Assembly (NCBI GenBank): GCA_030390025.1
Contig: CM059428.1
Location: forward strand, 102,672,001 to 102,736,000
DNA: 64,000 bases
Direction: 5' to 3'
Source of the DNA: Squalus acanthias
Lineage: Eukaryota
The notes below the pieces were generated by a model that searched no databases, was not told where the DNA came from, and saw only the letters and a list, made by a program, of their open reading frames with translations. Below are positions 38,601-51,746 of this stretch, piece after piece; position 1 is the stretch's first letter; each line of letters starts with the position of its first letter. The translations under genes and the position numbers were made by a program.

Positions 38601-38902
38601 AAGCCTATTAGAAGTGGCCAGCAACCCTTTATGAGTTGCTGGCATTGAATATTCTGCCTCCGACCCACACATGCTCCTAGTGCCTCATGTGCTGCGGGCG
38701 CCAAAACTATAGTTAAATGAACTGAACTTGTTTCACAGTGTGAGGTCATCACAATGTGCATCAGGTGCACAGTCTCAAAATCACTGGCTCTATGCCAGGA
38801 GCACATCATCAAACCTGTGATTGTAAAAAGACAAACTTCAAAGAAATGATTAAAGAGCTTGGTCACGGACATATTAATTCAGAGCTTTTGAAAGCTGCAG
38901 AT

Positions 38903-38920
38903 TGGCGCCCAATGTGGGGC
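38903..38920 (+). promoter_or_regulatory. Retroviral primer-binding site, tRNA-Lys(CTT)
   Basis: TGGCGCCCAATGTGGGGC differs from the canonical Lys1,2 PBS TGGCGCCCAACGTGGGGC by one CpG transition, and the match ends exactly at 18 nt. Confidence 0.88.
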
Positions 38921-40201
38921 GGTAACTAAAACTAAAACCATTGATCTTTTGGTCCGACAGGATTCACACGCTCCCTATGCGCAAGTAATAGCCTGGCATG
39001 AACAGGGATGCCCTCTACCAGCACCCACCCCATGGGCAAACGCAACTGTAGTACAACATGGTGTGGATAAAAACCCTCCCCTGCTAATGGTTAAAAATAA
39101 AGAGGGAGACTTAGTAGTTTGTATTCCTCCTCAGTTGAAGGAAGAAATTCTAGCACTCTTCCATTCTCACCCGACAGCGGGACATTACTCAGCGACCATT
39201 ACACTACAAAAGTTATTACCCATTTGCTGGTGGCCTGAAATGGAGCAGCGTGTGGAACAATATGTTAATCGCTGCCTGCCATGCTTACAAACAAACCCTC
39301 CTTCATGTTCTAATCATGCCTTTCTTAGGTCACAGCCCCCTCCCAAGGGACCATGGACACACCTACAGATTGACTTTATTGGCCCGCGAACAAAATCCAA
39401 GGGTAACTACAAGTACGCGCTTGTGGTAATTGATCAGTTCACTAAATGGATCGAGGCGTTTCCCAAAAGAAACAATAAAGCGTGCACTGCTGCCCAAATT
39501 CTCCTGAGTGAGGTGTTCTGTAGGTGGGGATTACCACTACAAGTGGATAGTGATCAGGGTCCACACTTCACGGGGGCAGTTTGCACAACCCTACAAGAAA
39601 TGTTACAGATAAAACATAAATTGCACATCGCGCACCATCCACAATCATCAGGGATTGTGGAGAGGGGGAATCGAACTCTAAAAACAATGCTGCAGAAGCT
39701 GTGTACAGACACCCCACTCAGTGGACTAACATGTTGCCCTTATGTTTGATGGCAATACGTTCTACCCCACACGGGACTACGAGGGTAAGTCCATATGAGG
39801 CTATGACTGGGAGACAAATGCGGATACCAGGACATGCAACATTGGGAAATAATACACCATTAAAGTTACAACCCTGCAGCCAAAAATGGTTACAAACCTT
39901 GATAGATCATATGGACGAGGTGAACAGGCTGGTGGCCATTAACAAAGGCAAATCGCGTGAACAAATCAAGCGATATTATGATAAGAGGGTAAAACCATTT
40001 GAGTATGAGGTTGGGGACCAGGTAATGTTACAAAATTTCTCTCCAAGAAAACACTCATTCGAGGTAAAATGGACGGGCCCTCATACCATAGTAGATAAAT
40101 TAAATCCAGCTATGTATCTACTGAATGTGCCATATGGTCCGAAGGGAGAACCTAAACTGAAATGGTTCCATATCAATCAGATGAAAACTGTTAAGAATTA
40201 A
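38921..40201 (+). pseudogene. Retroviral-type integrase (HHCC, DDE and GPY/F C-terminal module), one frameshift at about 39700
   Basis: Motifs HSHPTAGH...CLPC, PWTHLQIDFIGP, VDSDQGPHFT, HHPQSSGIVERGNRTLK, SPYEAMTGR and KWTGPHTIV...WFHINQMK. Confidence 0.92.
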
Positions 40202-40234
40202 GATGTTACATTTTGGTCTACCCACAGGTTAAAG

Positions 40235-42340
40235 ATGTGGCTCTGTATACTGATATTGATGATTGGATGTGCAGCGAGCTCTACAGAGGTAACAAAATCT
40301 TTTGACTTTACCATCAACATCTGTACACTGGATCAAGGAGGTGAATGCGCTCCACTCCCCATCTATGACACGGAACCTCAAATTATTGGTGGACATAAAC
40401 AATCAAAGAACCATAGTGGTTCATCTGAGACATATGGGGGGGATGTTTCGGTTTGGATCAGAAACAGTACAAAAGATAATGTAACAACAACATATGTGAC
40501 GGGTTGTGGTACATTACAAGAAAAGGTGTATAGTTCATCAATAAGGGACGTCTCCCCACTTGGGTCACTAATAAACATTTATCAGGGCTATCCAGCTATT
40601 ACGATGATGCAGAACTATGTAAGATCAGAAGTTTGATTAGGATCCACCCCGTCAAACACTATTCTACACCTGCTACCTTGATCCAGTGTATAGATGTTGA
40701 TGGTAAAGTCAAAAGATTTTGTTACCTCTGTAGAGCTCGCTGCACATCCAATCATCAATATCAGTATGCAGAGCCACATCTTTAACCTGTGTGTATCAGG
40801 TGCGGGATAAGGGACAGCAAAGGCCCAAAGGTGTGGAAATTCCTGAAGAAAAATAATGGAATCTGGGAACAGGTACAAGAATCAAACCAGGGCCCAGTAG
40901 CTTCAGAGAGCAAGGAATAAATGCAATTATGTTGGCCTCGGTGGTGGAAGAAACACACCGGCCAGTATTCTTGTATTGGGTCAAATATTATCTCGGACCT
41001 TAAAAAGCAGAGTGATGATTGGCCTCCTATCCCCGAAGTTAATATAAAGGTTACCTCAGCAGGGAATGAACCCTTTATGACAACCTTTAAACGTTGGGGA
41101 AATTATAAGGACCCCGAGAATAAAGATAGCAGCATAGTCGAATTCAAAAATGCGATAACCGGATGTGTAAGGGAGGATGGGTATTTCTATAGCGTTAGGC
41201 TCACACCCTATGAGAAAACAAACCATTCAGAACCTCAAGAGGGAGTACTCGAGAAACAATGTCCCCACTTAAAACCGGGACCTGGGAATGGTCTTGTAAT
41301 TATCACTACCTATAAAGCAGTGTATCATCAAGTAATACCAGAAGTGGCCCCTGTTATCCTCAATTTAACAGACCTAATACTACCAAAGTGGTGCCCTGAC
41401 AAAACAGCACAATTAACTCAAAGAATGCTGCAGCAGGTTTTTACCAATACTGGGAAAAGGCGACTTTGTCGACGAGCATAGAGAAAACAGAAGGGGCCTT
41501 CCACCACGAGCTTAGTACCACTCAAGAGGAAAGCCAGGGAAAGAGTAGGCGGAGAAGAGGATTGATAAATGATGGGCTCACGGGTTTCAACACAGTAACC
41601 TCAATAGTTAACTCAATGGATTCCGCAGATTTACAGAGACAATTACAAAGGGTAAGGGAGAAATTGAAGGAGATACTCAGTAAGGAAAACAGCATAAAAA
41701 GCGAGGAGCTAAGGGAGGATCAGGTAATGACCTGTGGGACATCATACACGAGATAGAGGATCATGCCAAAAGAATTAATGATCTGATTAGAGAAAACAGA
41801 AATGCCTCTGATCAAGCAGCCCATAATGACGTATGCGTTATGTACGGGAATTGGCTGATTGAGCAAACTAGGGAAAACCTTCAGACCATCAATAAGGGGC
41901 GTCTCCCCACTTGGGTCACTAATAAACATTTATCAGGGCTATCCAGCTATTACGATGATGCAGAACTATGTAAGATCAGAAGTTTGATTAGGATCCACCC
42001 CGTCAAACACGAATGCCACAAGGTAGGGAGTCAAAAATTGTTAGGACTAATAATACAATATAAGGAGGGACATAGAAATTCCTCCTTGGATTAGGATAAT
42101 TTCCCATGTACTGGTCATCACCCAACTCGTAGTACTGATATGCTTACTATTCTACACCTGCTACCTGAGACACCTAATGTACAAATCCCGATCGCGTTTA
42201 AATATGATCACAACCCAGAATATCTTAGAGTTACATAAACGTGGGAGAACAAACCCATATGTAAGATTTTAGTTTTGAGGGGTCGGCAAAATTTTAACAA
42301 TGTTTACTAAATCCTACAGGTACACTCTGTCCTACAAGCT
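40235..42340 (+). pseudogene. Envelope-like class I fusion glycoprotein gene, rearranged and frameshifted
   Basis: Splice acceptor ...CTACCCACAG just upstream of the ATG; signal peptide MWLCILILMIGCAAS; sequons NHS, NST, NVT and NLT; furin site SRRRR|GLINDGLTGFNTVTSIVNS followed by a long heptad-rich helix and NKGRLPTWV. Confidence 0.8.
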
Positions 42341-42349
42341 TGAAGGAAT

Positions 42350-45098
42350 AAATTTGCTAAATGGGATAGATTCAGAACAGATCTAGCAGCTCAGAACTGG
42401 GCATCCATGAGGCGCTGTGGGCCATCAACAGCAGCAGAATTGTATTCCACCACAATCTGTAACCTCATGGCCCAGCACATCCTTCACTCTACCATTACCA
42501 TCAAGCCAGGGAACCAACCCTGGTTCAATAAGGAGTGTAGAAGAGCATGCCAGGAGCAGCACCAGGCGTACCTAAAAATGCAGTGCCAACCTGGAGAAGC
42601 TGCAACACAGGACGACATGAATGCTAAAAAGCGGAAGCAGTATGTTATAGACAGAACTAAGCGATCTCACAATCAACGGATCAGATCAAAGCTCTGCAGT
42701 CCTGCCACATCCAGTCATGAATGGTGGTGGATAATTAAACAACTAATGGGAGGAAGAGGCTCCATGAATATCTCCATCCTGTCGAAGTCTCGACTCCGAG
42801 TAAGACTCTGAAACAAACTGTACCGTCAGATAAACAAAGCTTTATTCTTTTACTTGCGCAAGGGGAGCGAGAGTCCAGTCAATGGCTAGGCTCACACTCC
42901 AAAGAACATTAGCGAATGCAGCATATTTATACATTAAAACAGGCAAGCGTTCCATAAATCACGTGTAATGGTATTGTATCATCTTAAACGAATTAAGAGT
43001 TTAAACAAAGACACTCAAGGTCAGCAGGACAGAAATGTCTTCAGACAAGGTAAGTTCATTATATTCTGTCAGGAGGCATTGTCTGAGTCTTGTTACCAAA
43101 AGGATGATTAACTCACGCATGTCTGATTATCATGTTTGTACAGTGGAGAACACCAGTTCCATATGATCATGTATAAAGGTAGCTAGTCAACTCTGTACAA
43201 AGCTATTTCAGTATTCAGGCAGATAAAGAGAAACAAGATTGACCTTTAACAGAATTGTTTTTCATTCTTTGGCAAGATGTCGTTATGTTAGTTGCTGGCG
43301 ACTCGACTTTTTAGTCCACAGGCAATGGTACACGATACATTAGATGTCAAGTATCCCATCATGCACTAGTAAGGGCAAAATCATATTTCCACAATCCTCA
43401 ATGATGACAGAGCCCAGCACGTGAGTGCAAAAGACGAAGCTGAAGCGTTTGCAACCATCTTCAGCCAGAAGTGCCGAGTGGATGATTCATATCGGCCTCC
43501 TCCTGAGGTCCCCAACACCACAAAAGCCAGTCTGCAGCTAATTTGATTCATTCCACATGATATCAAGAAACAGCTGAGCGCACTGGATACAACAAAGGCT
43601 GTGGGCCCCGACAACATCCCGGCTGTCGTGCTGAAGACTTGTGCTCTCTAGCCAAGCTGTTCCAGTACAGCTATAACACTGGCATCAATCTGACAATGTG
43701 GAAAACTGCCCAGGTATGTCCTGTCCACAAAAAGCAGGACAAATCCAATCCGGCCAATTACCGTCCCATCAGTCTACTCTCAATCATCAGCAAAGTGATG
43801 GAAGGTGTCGTCCATAGTGCTATCAAGCAGCACTTACTCACCAATAACCTGCTCACTGATGCCCGGTTTCGGTTCCGCCAGGACCACTCGACTCCAGACC
43901 TCATTACAGCCTTGGTCCAAACTTAGGTAAAAGAGCTGAATTCCAGAGGTGAGGTGAGAGTGGCTGCCCTTGACATCGAGGCAGTATTTGACTGAGTGTG
44001 ACATCAAGGAGCCCTAGTAAAACTGAAGTCAATGGGAACACCTAGAACAAAGGACGATGGTTGTGGTGGTTGTAGGTCAATCATCACAGCCCCAGGACAT
44101 CACTGCAGGAGTTCCTCAGGGCAGTGTCCTAGACCCAGCCATCTTCAGCTGCTTCATCAATGACCTTCCCTCTATCATAAGGTCAGAAATAGTGATATTC
44201 GCTGATGACTGCACAGTATTCAGTGCCATTCGCAACTCCTCAGATAATGAAGTAGTCTGTGCCTGCATGCAGCAAGACCTGGATGACATTCAGGCTTGGG
44301 CCGATAAGTGGCAGGTAACACTTGCGCCACACAAGTGCCAGGCAATGACTATCTCCAAGCGAGCATCTCACCACCACCCCTTGACATTCAACGGCATTAC
44401 CATTGCCAAATCCCCTACCATCAATATCCTGGGGGTCACCATTGACCAGAAACTTAACTGGTCCAGCCATATAAATACTGTGGCAACAAGAGCAGGTCAC
44501 AGGCTGGGTATTCTGTGGCGAGTGTCTCACCTCCTGACTCCACAAAGCCTTTCCACCATCTACAAGGCACAAGTCAGGAGTGTGATCGAATACTCTCCAC
44601 TTGCCTGGATGAGTGCAGCTCCAACAACACTCAAGAAGCTCGACACCATTCACGACAAAGCAGCCCGCTTGATTGGCACCCCATCCACCACCTTAAACAT
44701 TCACTCCCTCCACCATCGCCATACCATGGCTGCAGTGTGTACCATCTACAAGATGCACCACAGCAACTTGCCACGGCTTCTTCGGCAGCGCCTCACAAAC
44801 CCGTGACCTCTTCCACCGAGAAGGACAAGGGCAGCAGGCGCATGGGAACACCACCACCTCCAAGTTCCCCTCCAAGTCACACATAATCCTGACTTGAAAG
44901 TATATCGCCGATCCTTCATCGTCGCTGGGTCAAAATCCTGGAACTCCCTCCCTAACAGCACTGTGGGAGTACCTTCACCACATGGACTGCAGCGGTTCAA
45001 GGCGGCTCACCACCACCTTCTCAAGGGCAACTAGGGATGGGCAATAAATGCTGGCCTTGCCAGCGATGCCCACATCCCATGAACGAGTAAAAAAAAAG
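42350..45098 (+). mobile_element. CR1/Jockey-group LINE (same family as 29336-31028), split by a solo LTR
   Basis: Motifs QPWFNKECRRA, NPANYRPISLLS, GVPQGSVL, FADD and IYKAQVRS..EYS; poly-A tail at about 45089-45097. Confidence 0.9.
42780..43393 (-). mobile_element. Solo LTR, 614 bp
   Basis: TG...CA termini; 4-bp TSD ATCC at 42776-42779 and 43394-43397; minus-strand TATAAATA at about 42925 and AATAAA at about 42843. Confidence 0.85.
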
Positions 45099-45536
45099 CA
45101 AGTATTGATGAGGTAAAATGAAAAACTTTTCAAACTAACGATAATGATGAGTTTGCAAGTATATACCCAAAACAATAATAAGTATACGTTATATAGGCAT
45201 TGTCCACAATATCCTCGGGTGCTCAATGAGGCTAGGATGGAAATGTGCCTGAAGAATCACTAAGCAGGAGTGGAAACAAATTTCTACCCCATTGAATTTC
45301 CAAAGAACAGCGTGCCATTGACTGCACCCAGGTGCACACTTAAGCACCTGTGCAAAACTCCATCTAATTCATTTACAGAGAAAGATATCACCCAATGAGC
45401 ATCAGAATGGTGTGCAACCACCACTAAAGAATTCTGCATATCTCAGCGTGGTTTTGCAGGGGGTGTCATAATACCATCATAAGAGCAGCAACAGTTTTGT
45501 CCACTTGAAACATGGCTCATGGCACAGTTGGCCTTT

Positions 45537-46460
45537 TAAGAACATAAGAATATATAGGAGCAGGAGTAGGCCTTTCGGCCCTTCGGACCTGCTCCGCCAT
45601 TTATTAAGATGATGGCTGATCTGCTACCTCAACTCCACATTCCCTCACTATCCCCATATCCCTTGATTCCCTTAATATCCCAAAATCTATCGATCTCTGT
45701 CTTGAATATACTCAATGGCTGAGCATCCACAGCCCTCTGGGGTAGAGAATTCCAAAGATTCACAAACCTTTGAGTGAAAAAATTTCTCCTCATCTCAGTC
45801 CTAAATGACTCCAAGTTCTAGACTCCCCAGCCAGAGGAAACATCCTCCCAGCATCTACCCTGTTAATCCCCTTAAGAATTTTATATGTTTCAATGAGATC
45901 ACCTCTCATTCTTTTAAACTCTAGAGAATATAGGCCTAGTCTACTCAATCTCTCCTCTTGAGACAATCCCCTCATCCCAGGAATCCCTCTAAGGCAAGTA
46001 TATCCTTCCTTAGGTGAGGAGATCAAAACTGTACACAGTACTCCAGTTGTGGTCTCACCAAGCTCCTATATAATTGTAGTAAGATTTCTTTACTCTTATA
46101 TGCTCAAACACCCTCTTTACTCAAAACCCTTTGTAATAAAGGCCAACATACCATTTGCTTTCCTAATCGCTTGCTGTACCTGCATGTTAACTTTCTGTGA
46201 TTCATGTACAAGGACACCCAGGTCTCTCTGAATACCAACATTTCCCAGTCTCACCATTTAAAAAATATTCTGCTTTTCAATTTTTCCTACCAAAGTGGAT
46301 GACTTCACATTTCTCCACATTATATTCCATCTCCCATGTCCTTGCCCAATCACTTAACCTGTCTAAATCCCTTTGCAGCCTCCTTGCATCATCCTCACAG
46401 CTTACTTTCCCACCTAACTTTGTATCATCAGTAAACTTGGATACATTAGACTCGGTCCCC
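45537..46460 (-). mobile_element. CR1 LINE 3' fragment
   Basis: Motifs RMRGDLIETYKIL and FFTQRFVNLWNSLP; (TTCTTATG) tail at the left end. Confidence 0.88.
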
Positions 46461-48030
46461 TTTTGCCATACCCATCAGGAAAGAGCCAGTGATGAAGTAC
46501 CTGTGAGAAGTATTGAGCAAATGTTTGGAGCAATAATCAAAATTGTTGGGCACTGATGGCAGGGAGCCCCAGAAGAGAGTGCTGCAAACCATTTAGAGGA
46601 AGGTGGCAGAGGCAGTCAGTGCTACCTAACAACCCGAAGAGCTTCCCCACAGTGCAGGAGGAGATTCAATGACCTCACAAGTGTAGATATGGTATACCGG
46701 GGCTCTCTTGACAATATATATCTTCTACCACTCAGACAGCCTTCATTAAAGAAAGAAAGGAAAGAAAGACTTGCATTTATTCATTCAGCTAATACACTTT
46801 CTCTCTCAGCATCTGAGGGTCAAGGGAACTCACTTGTGGAAAGTGTAACTTCTGCAAACACTCAAACACCCTCTTTACTCAAAACCACTCTGCTAACTCA
46901 CTTTGCCTGCCAGAAAGGCTACAGTTAGTCTTCAAGGACACTTAATTTAAATGGCCAATGCATCTCCTCATCATGGGATGCACACACTTATATGGGAGAA
47001 AGTGTTTTTTCACTCACATGCCCTTAACATTGCCTTCTCTCCCTCCAAAGTAAAAGATGATCTACAACCAGCCTGAAAGAAATACAACTGAGGGCGGAGC
47101 AGCTGTGCAGAAAACACTAAGTGCACAAGAAGAGGAGGCTGCACTTCATGGACAGGCAGACACAAGAAACTGTGCAAGAGGCCAAGGTTGGAGGCGAGGT
47201 GGCAACAGTAGGTTGGTAAAAGTGGGAAATACACACCATCGGTAGTCTCAGTTTTAAGTGCTTCCTCAAAGTATTGCCATGCCCTTGCCCACAACAACAA
47301 TTTCTTCAAGGGGGAATGTCACTGTGTGACAACTAAACAAGCTCCTCTGTGTTTCACATCATAGGTGGTGCCTTGCAGGAAGAGGCTGCCAACAATGAAG
47401 ATCACACAGTACTTCCACTGGGAATTAGTTGCTGAAACTACAGCTGCCTTTCTTCATTGTGATATTATGAATCTTCAGACGCTCACTGGGCTGTATTGCG
47501 GAGCTCCACCAGATTTATCCAGGCACCTAAAATGAGACTTGAGAATTTCTATAGTCTGCTCTATGTCTTGTAGTGTCATGGGCCTCATTGTATCTGTTGT
47601 ACCCCTCTCTCTGTGGAACCCTTACTGGAATCATCAGCCAAACCTGCAGGGGATATTCCTAATCACCAATCAGGAAACCAAATACGTTGAACAGAATTAG
47701 AAGGGCTCACATGATGGATTATTGCATGATGAAAGCACCATGGGATCTTCCTGGTATCTGGCAGTCATGTGAAGGAAAAGGTGATTAATATCACACGTGA
47801 GCTGGACATTTATAGAATGAAAGCCTTTACTATTCATTAATTGAAGGAATTGTCATACGGAGCTTTGAGTGTCACAAGAATTTTATCCATTGCTCCTTGC
47901 ATCTGTCTGAATCCTGCCAGGCTGTAGAAGCATAGAAACATAGAAACATAGAAGATAGGAGCAGGAGTAGGCCATTCGGCCCCTCGAGCCTGCACGGCCA
48001 TTCGATGAGATCATGGCTGATCATCTAAAC

Positions 48031-51000
48031 TCAGTACCCTGTACCTGCCTTCTCCCCATATCCCTTGATACCTTTAGCTTTAAGAAATATATCTAACTCA
48101 ACCTTGAATATATTTAATGACTTCACCTCAACTACCTTCTGTGGTAGAGAATTCCACAGGTTCACCACTCTCTGGGTGAAGAAATTCTTCCTCATTTCTG
48201 TCCTAAATGGTTTACCCGTTATCCGTAGATTATGACCCCTGGTTCTGCACTCTCCGACCATCAGGAACATTCTTCCTGCATCTAGTTTGTCCAGACCTGT
48301 CAGAATTTTATATGTTTCGATGAGATCCCCTCTCATTCTTCTATACTCCAGTGAGTAAAAGCCCAATCGACCCAATCTCTCCTCATATGTCATTCCTGCC
48401 ATCCCAGGTATCAGCCTTGTGAATCTTCGCTGAACTCCTTCCATGGCAAGAACATCCTTCCTCAGATAAGGTGACCAAAACTGCACACAGTACTCAAGGT
48501 GTGGTCTCACCAAGGCCCTGTACAACTGCAGCAGGACATCCCTGTTCCTATACTTAAACCCTTTCGCTATGAAGGCCAACATACCATTTGCCTTCTTCAC
48601 CACCTGCTGCACCTGCATGCTTACTTTCAGCGACTGGTGCACAAGGACACCCAGGTCTCGTTGCACTTCCCCTTCTCCCAATCTATTGCCATTCAGATAA
48701 TAGTCTGCCTTTCTGTTTTTGACACCAAAGTGGATAACCTCGCACTTATCCACGTTATATTGCATCTGCCACGCTTCTGCCCACTCACCCAACCTGTCCA
48801 GATCATCCTGGAGTTTCTCGGTATCCTCCTCGCAGCACACACTCCCACCCAGCTTTGTGTCATCTGCAAACTTGGAGATATTACATTTAATTCCCTTATC
48901 TAGATCATGAATGTATATTGTGAATAGCTGGGGTCCAAGGACCGATCCCTGCGGTACCCCACTAGTCACTGCTTGCCACTTGGAAAAAGACCCATTAATT
49001 CCTACTCTCTGCTTTCTGTCCGCCAACCAGTTCTCTATTCAAGTCAATACCTTGCCCCCAATCCCATGTGCCTTAACTTTACCTGCTAATCTCTTATGTG
49101 GGACCTTATCGAAAGCCTTTTGAAAGTCCAAATACACCACATCTACTGGTTCTCCCTTATCTATTTTCCCAGTTACATCCTCAAAAAATTCCAGTAGATT
49201 AGTCAAGCACGATTTACCTTTTGTAAATCCATGTTGACTTTGTCCGATTCTGTCACTGTTTTTCAAATCCTCAGCTATTACATCCTTTATAATGGACTCT
49301 AGCATTTTCCCCACTACCAATGTCAGGCTTACCGGTCTGTAATTCCCTGCTTTCTCTCGACCACCCTTTTTGAATAGTGGGGTAACATTAGCTACTCTCC
49401 AATCCATGGGTACAGTTCCAGATTCCATCGAATGTTGGAAGATGATCAGCAATGCATCTACTATTTCTAGGGCCACTTCCTTAATTACCCTAGGATGTAG
49501 ATTATCAGGCCCTGGGGATTTATCGGCCTTCAATACCGTCAATTTCCCTAACACCATTTCCCTGCAAATACTGATTTCTTTCAGTTCCTCCCTTTCATCA
49601 GACCGTATGTTCTCCAACATCTCTGGGAGCTTATTTGTGTCCTCCTTTGTGAAGACAGAACCAAAATATGCATTTAATTGGGCTGCCATTTCTTTGTTCC
49701 CCATTATAACTTCCCCCGCTTCTGACTGCAAGGGACCTACACTTGATTTCACTAATCTTTTTCTCTTCACATATCTATAAAAGCTCTTACAGTCAGTTTT
49801 TATGTTCCCAGCAAGCTTACTTTCATATTCTATTTTCCCCTTCTTATTAATCCCTTTGTCCTCCTTTGTTGAATCCTAAACTGCTCCCAATCCTCAGGGC
49901 TACCGCTTTTTCTGGCCAATTTATATGCACTCTCCTTGGATCTTATGCTATCCCTAATTTCCCTTGTTAGCCACGGTTGAGTCACCCTTTTTGTTTTATT
50001 CTTATGCCACACTGGGATGTACAAATTCTGTAGTTCATCCATGCAGTCTTTGAATGTTTGCCATTGCCTATCCACAGTCAACCCCTTGAGTGACATTCCC
50101 CAATCAATCCTACCCAATTTGCGCCTCATACCATCGTAGTTTCCTTTATTTAAATTCAGGACCCTAGTCTCTGATTCAACTACTTCACTCTCCATCCTAA
50201 TGAAGAATTCTATCATATTATGATCGCTCTGACCCAAGGGGCCTCGTACAACAAGATTGCTAATTAATCCTTTCTCGTTACATAATACCCAGTCTAAGAT
50301 GGCCTGATCTCTGGTTGGTTCCTCGACATATTGTTCCAGAAAACCATCTCGTAAACATTCTAGGAATTCCTCCTCCATAGTATTTTTACTAATTTGGTTA
50401 GCCCAATCTATATGTAAATTAAAGTCACCCATGATGACTGCTGTGCCCTTACTGCATGCTTCTCTAATTTCCCTTTTAATGCCATCCCCAACCTCCGTAT
50501 TACTGTTTGGAGGTCTATATACCACTCCCACTAACGTTTTCTGCCCCTTGTTATTTCTCAGTTCTACCCATACAGATTCCGCATCATCAGAGCTAATATC
50601 CTTCCTTTCAATTTTGTTAATCCCCTCTTTAACCAGCAATGCTACCCCACCTCCCTTTCCTTTTTGCCTATCTTTCCTAAATATTGAATAACCCTGGATG
50701 TTGAGTTCCCAGCCTTGGCCACCCTGGAGCCATGTTTCTGTAATCCCAATCAAATCGTATTCATTTACCTCTATTTGCGCAGCTAATTCATCCACCTTGT
50801 TCCGAATGCTCCTTGCATTAAGACACAAGGGTAAAAATTGAGTCGCGCCCCATTTGGGGCGCTAACCTCGCCGGGGCGCAACTTTTAGCGCCCCGAAAAA
50901 ATTAGCGGCCCCGCGCCGGAACTTCAGTGGTTGCGCCCCAAGAGGGAAGCGGGGCGCCACTGGAAGCACCCCGCATCCCTCTTGGGGCGCTGCGAGTGAA

Positions 51001-51575
51001 TATCCTGGCGCTACGTGCAGGCCTTCCTCCCCTTCTTAAAGGGGAGGGACCCTGCGCAGCGCGAACCGGGGCCCAGCTGGGCCCCCAGGGATCGGGAGTG
51101 CCGGCAAAAGAGCCCGGCACTCAAGAGAAGTGCCGGGCTCTTGGAGCGCAGCCGGCACTTCACGGTGGGGGGGCTTCACGGGGGCCGGGGACAGCAACGG
51201 GGGCAGGTGCTGGCAGGCGGCCAGCAACAAAAATGGCCGCCTGCCACCTCCCCTTTAAATATCGCCGCCCCGGCCGCACGTACGCCTCCCTGAACCCGTC
51301 GGACATAGCGTCTGGCGGTAAATCAGGGGGCGCGACTGAAGATCACGGCCGGGGCGCGAGCGGGGTGCTGCGCACGGCGATGACATCATCGCCGGCGGCG
51401 CAGCGCCACAGGGCGCTACCGGCTGCCGCCGCCGCTAACCTCCCACTAAATTTTTCGGGAGGCGTGGGCGGCGCTGCGCCCGGGCGTTAGCTGCTTTACG
51501 CCCCATTAGCGCCCTCTTAAGGCGCTAACAGGAGGCGCAAGCAGCTGAATTTTTCCCCCAAAGCCTTCAGGCTTG
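48031..51575 (-). pseudogene. CR1 ORF2 (AP endonuclease and reverse transcriptase), with frameshift, stop and MITE insertion
   Basis: Motifs CLNARSIRNK, GITETW, MGDFN, SDHN, NYRPVSLT, YLDFQKAFDKV, GVPQGSVLGP and KFADDTK. Confidence 0.93.
50829..51558. mobile_element. Young GC/CpG-rich Harbinger MITE
   Basis: TIRs GGGTAAAAATT / AATTTTTCCCC; TSD CAA at 50826-50828 and 51559-51561. Removal restores LKALCLNA of ORF2. Subterminal motifs are shared with the 14925 family. Confidence 0.9.
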
Positions 51576-51746
51576 TTTTTTTAATGCTTTCAGACCTATA
51601 TGAATTATTATTTACGATGACCATGTTTGATTTAAACCGTTGAGTTCTTTGCCTTCTACTTTTGTTTTTCTCCTTCCTGTCTTTAGCTTTTATCCTTATT
51701 TCCCTTTCCTCTGTCTCCCTGCTCAGGTTCCCAACCCCCTGCCACT

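Noticed and set aside
38903-38920. tRNA-Lys gene
   Set aside because: Only the 18-nt complement including CCA is present, so it is a PBS rather than a tRNA gene.
42780-43393. Solo LTR as the 3' LTR of the env-bearing element
   Set aside because: It is in the opposite orientation, has its own ATCC TSD inside a LINE, and has no adjacent polypurine tract linked to env.
50927-51490. 187-aa GC-rich ORF
   Set aside because: It lies wholly in a GC-rich MITE, and stop depletion explains it.
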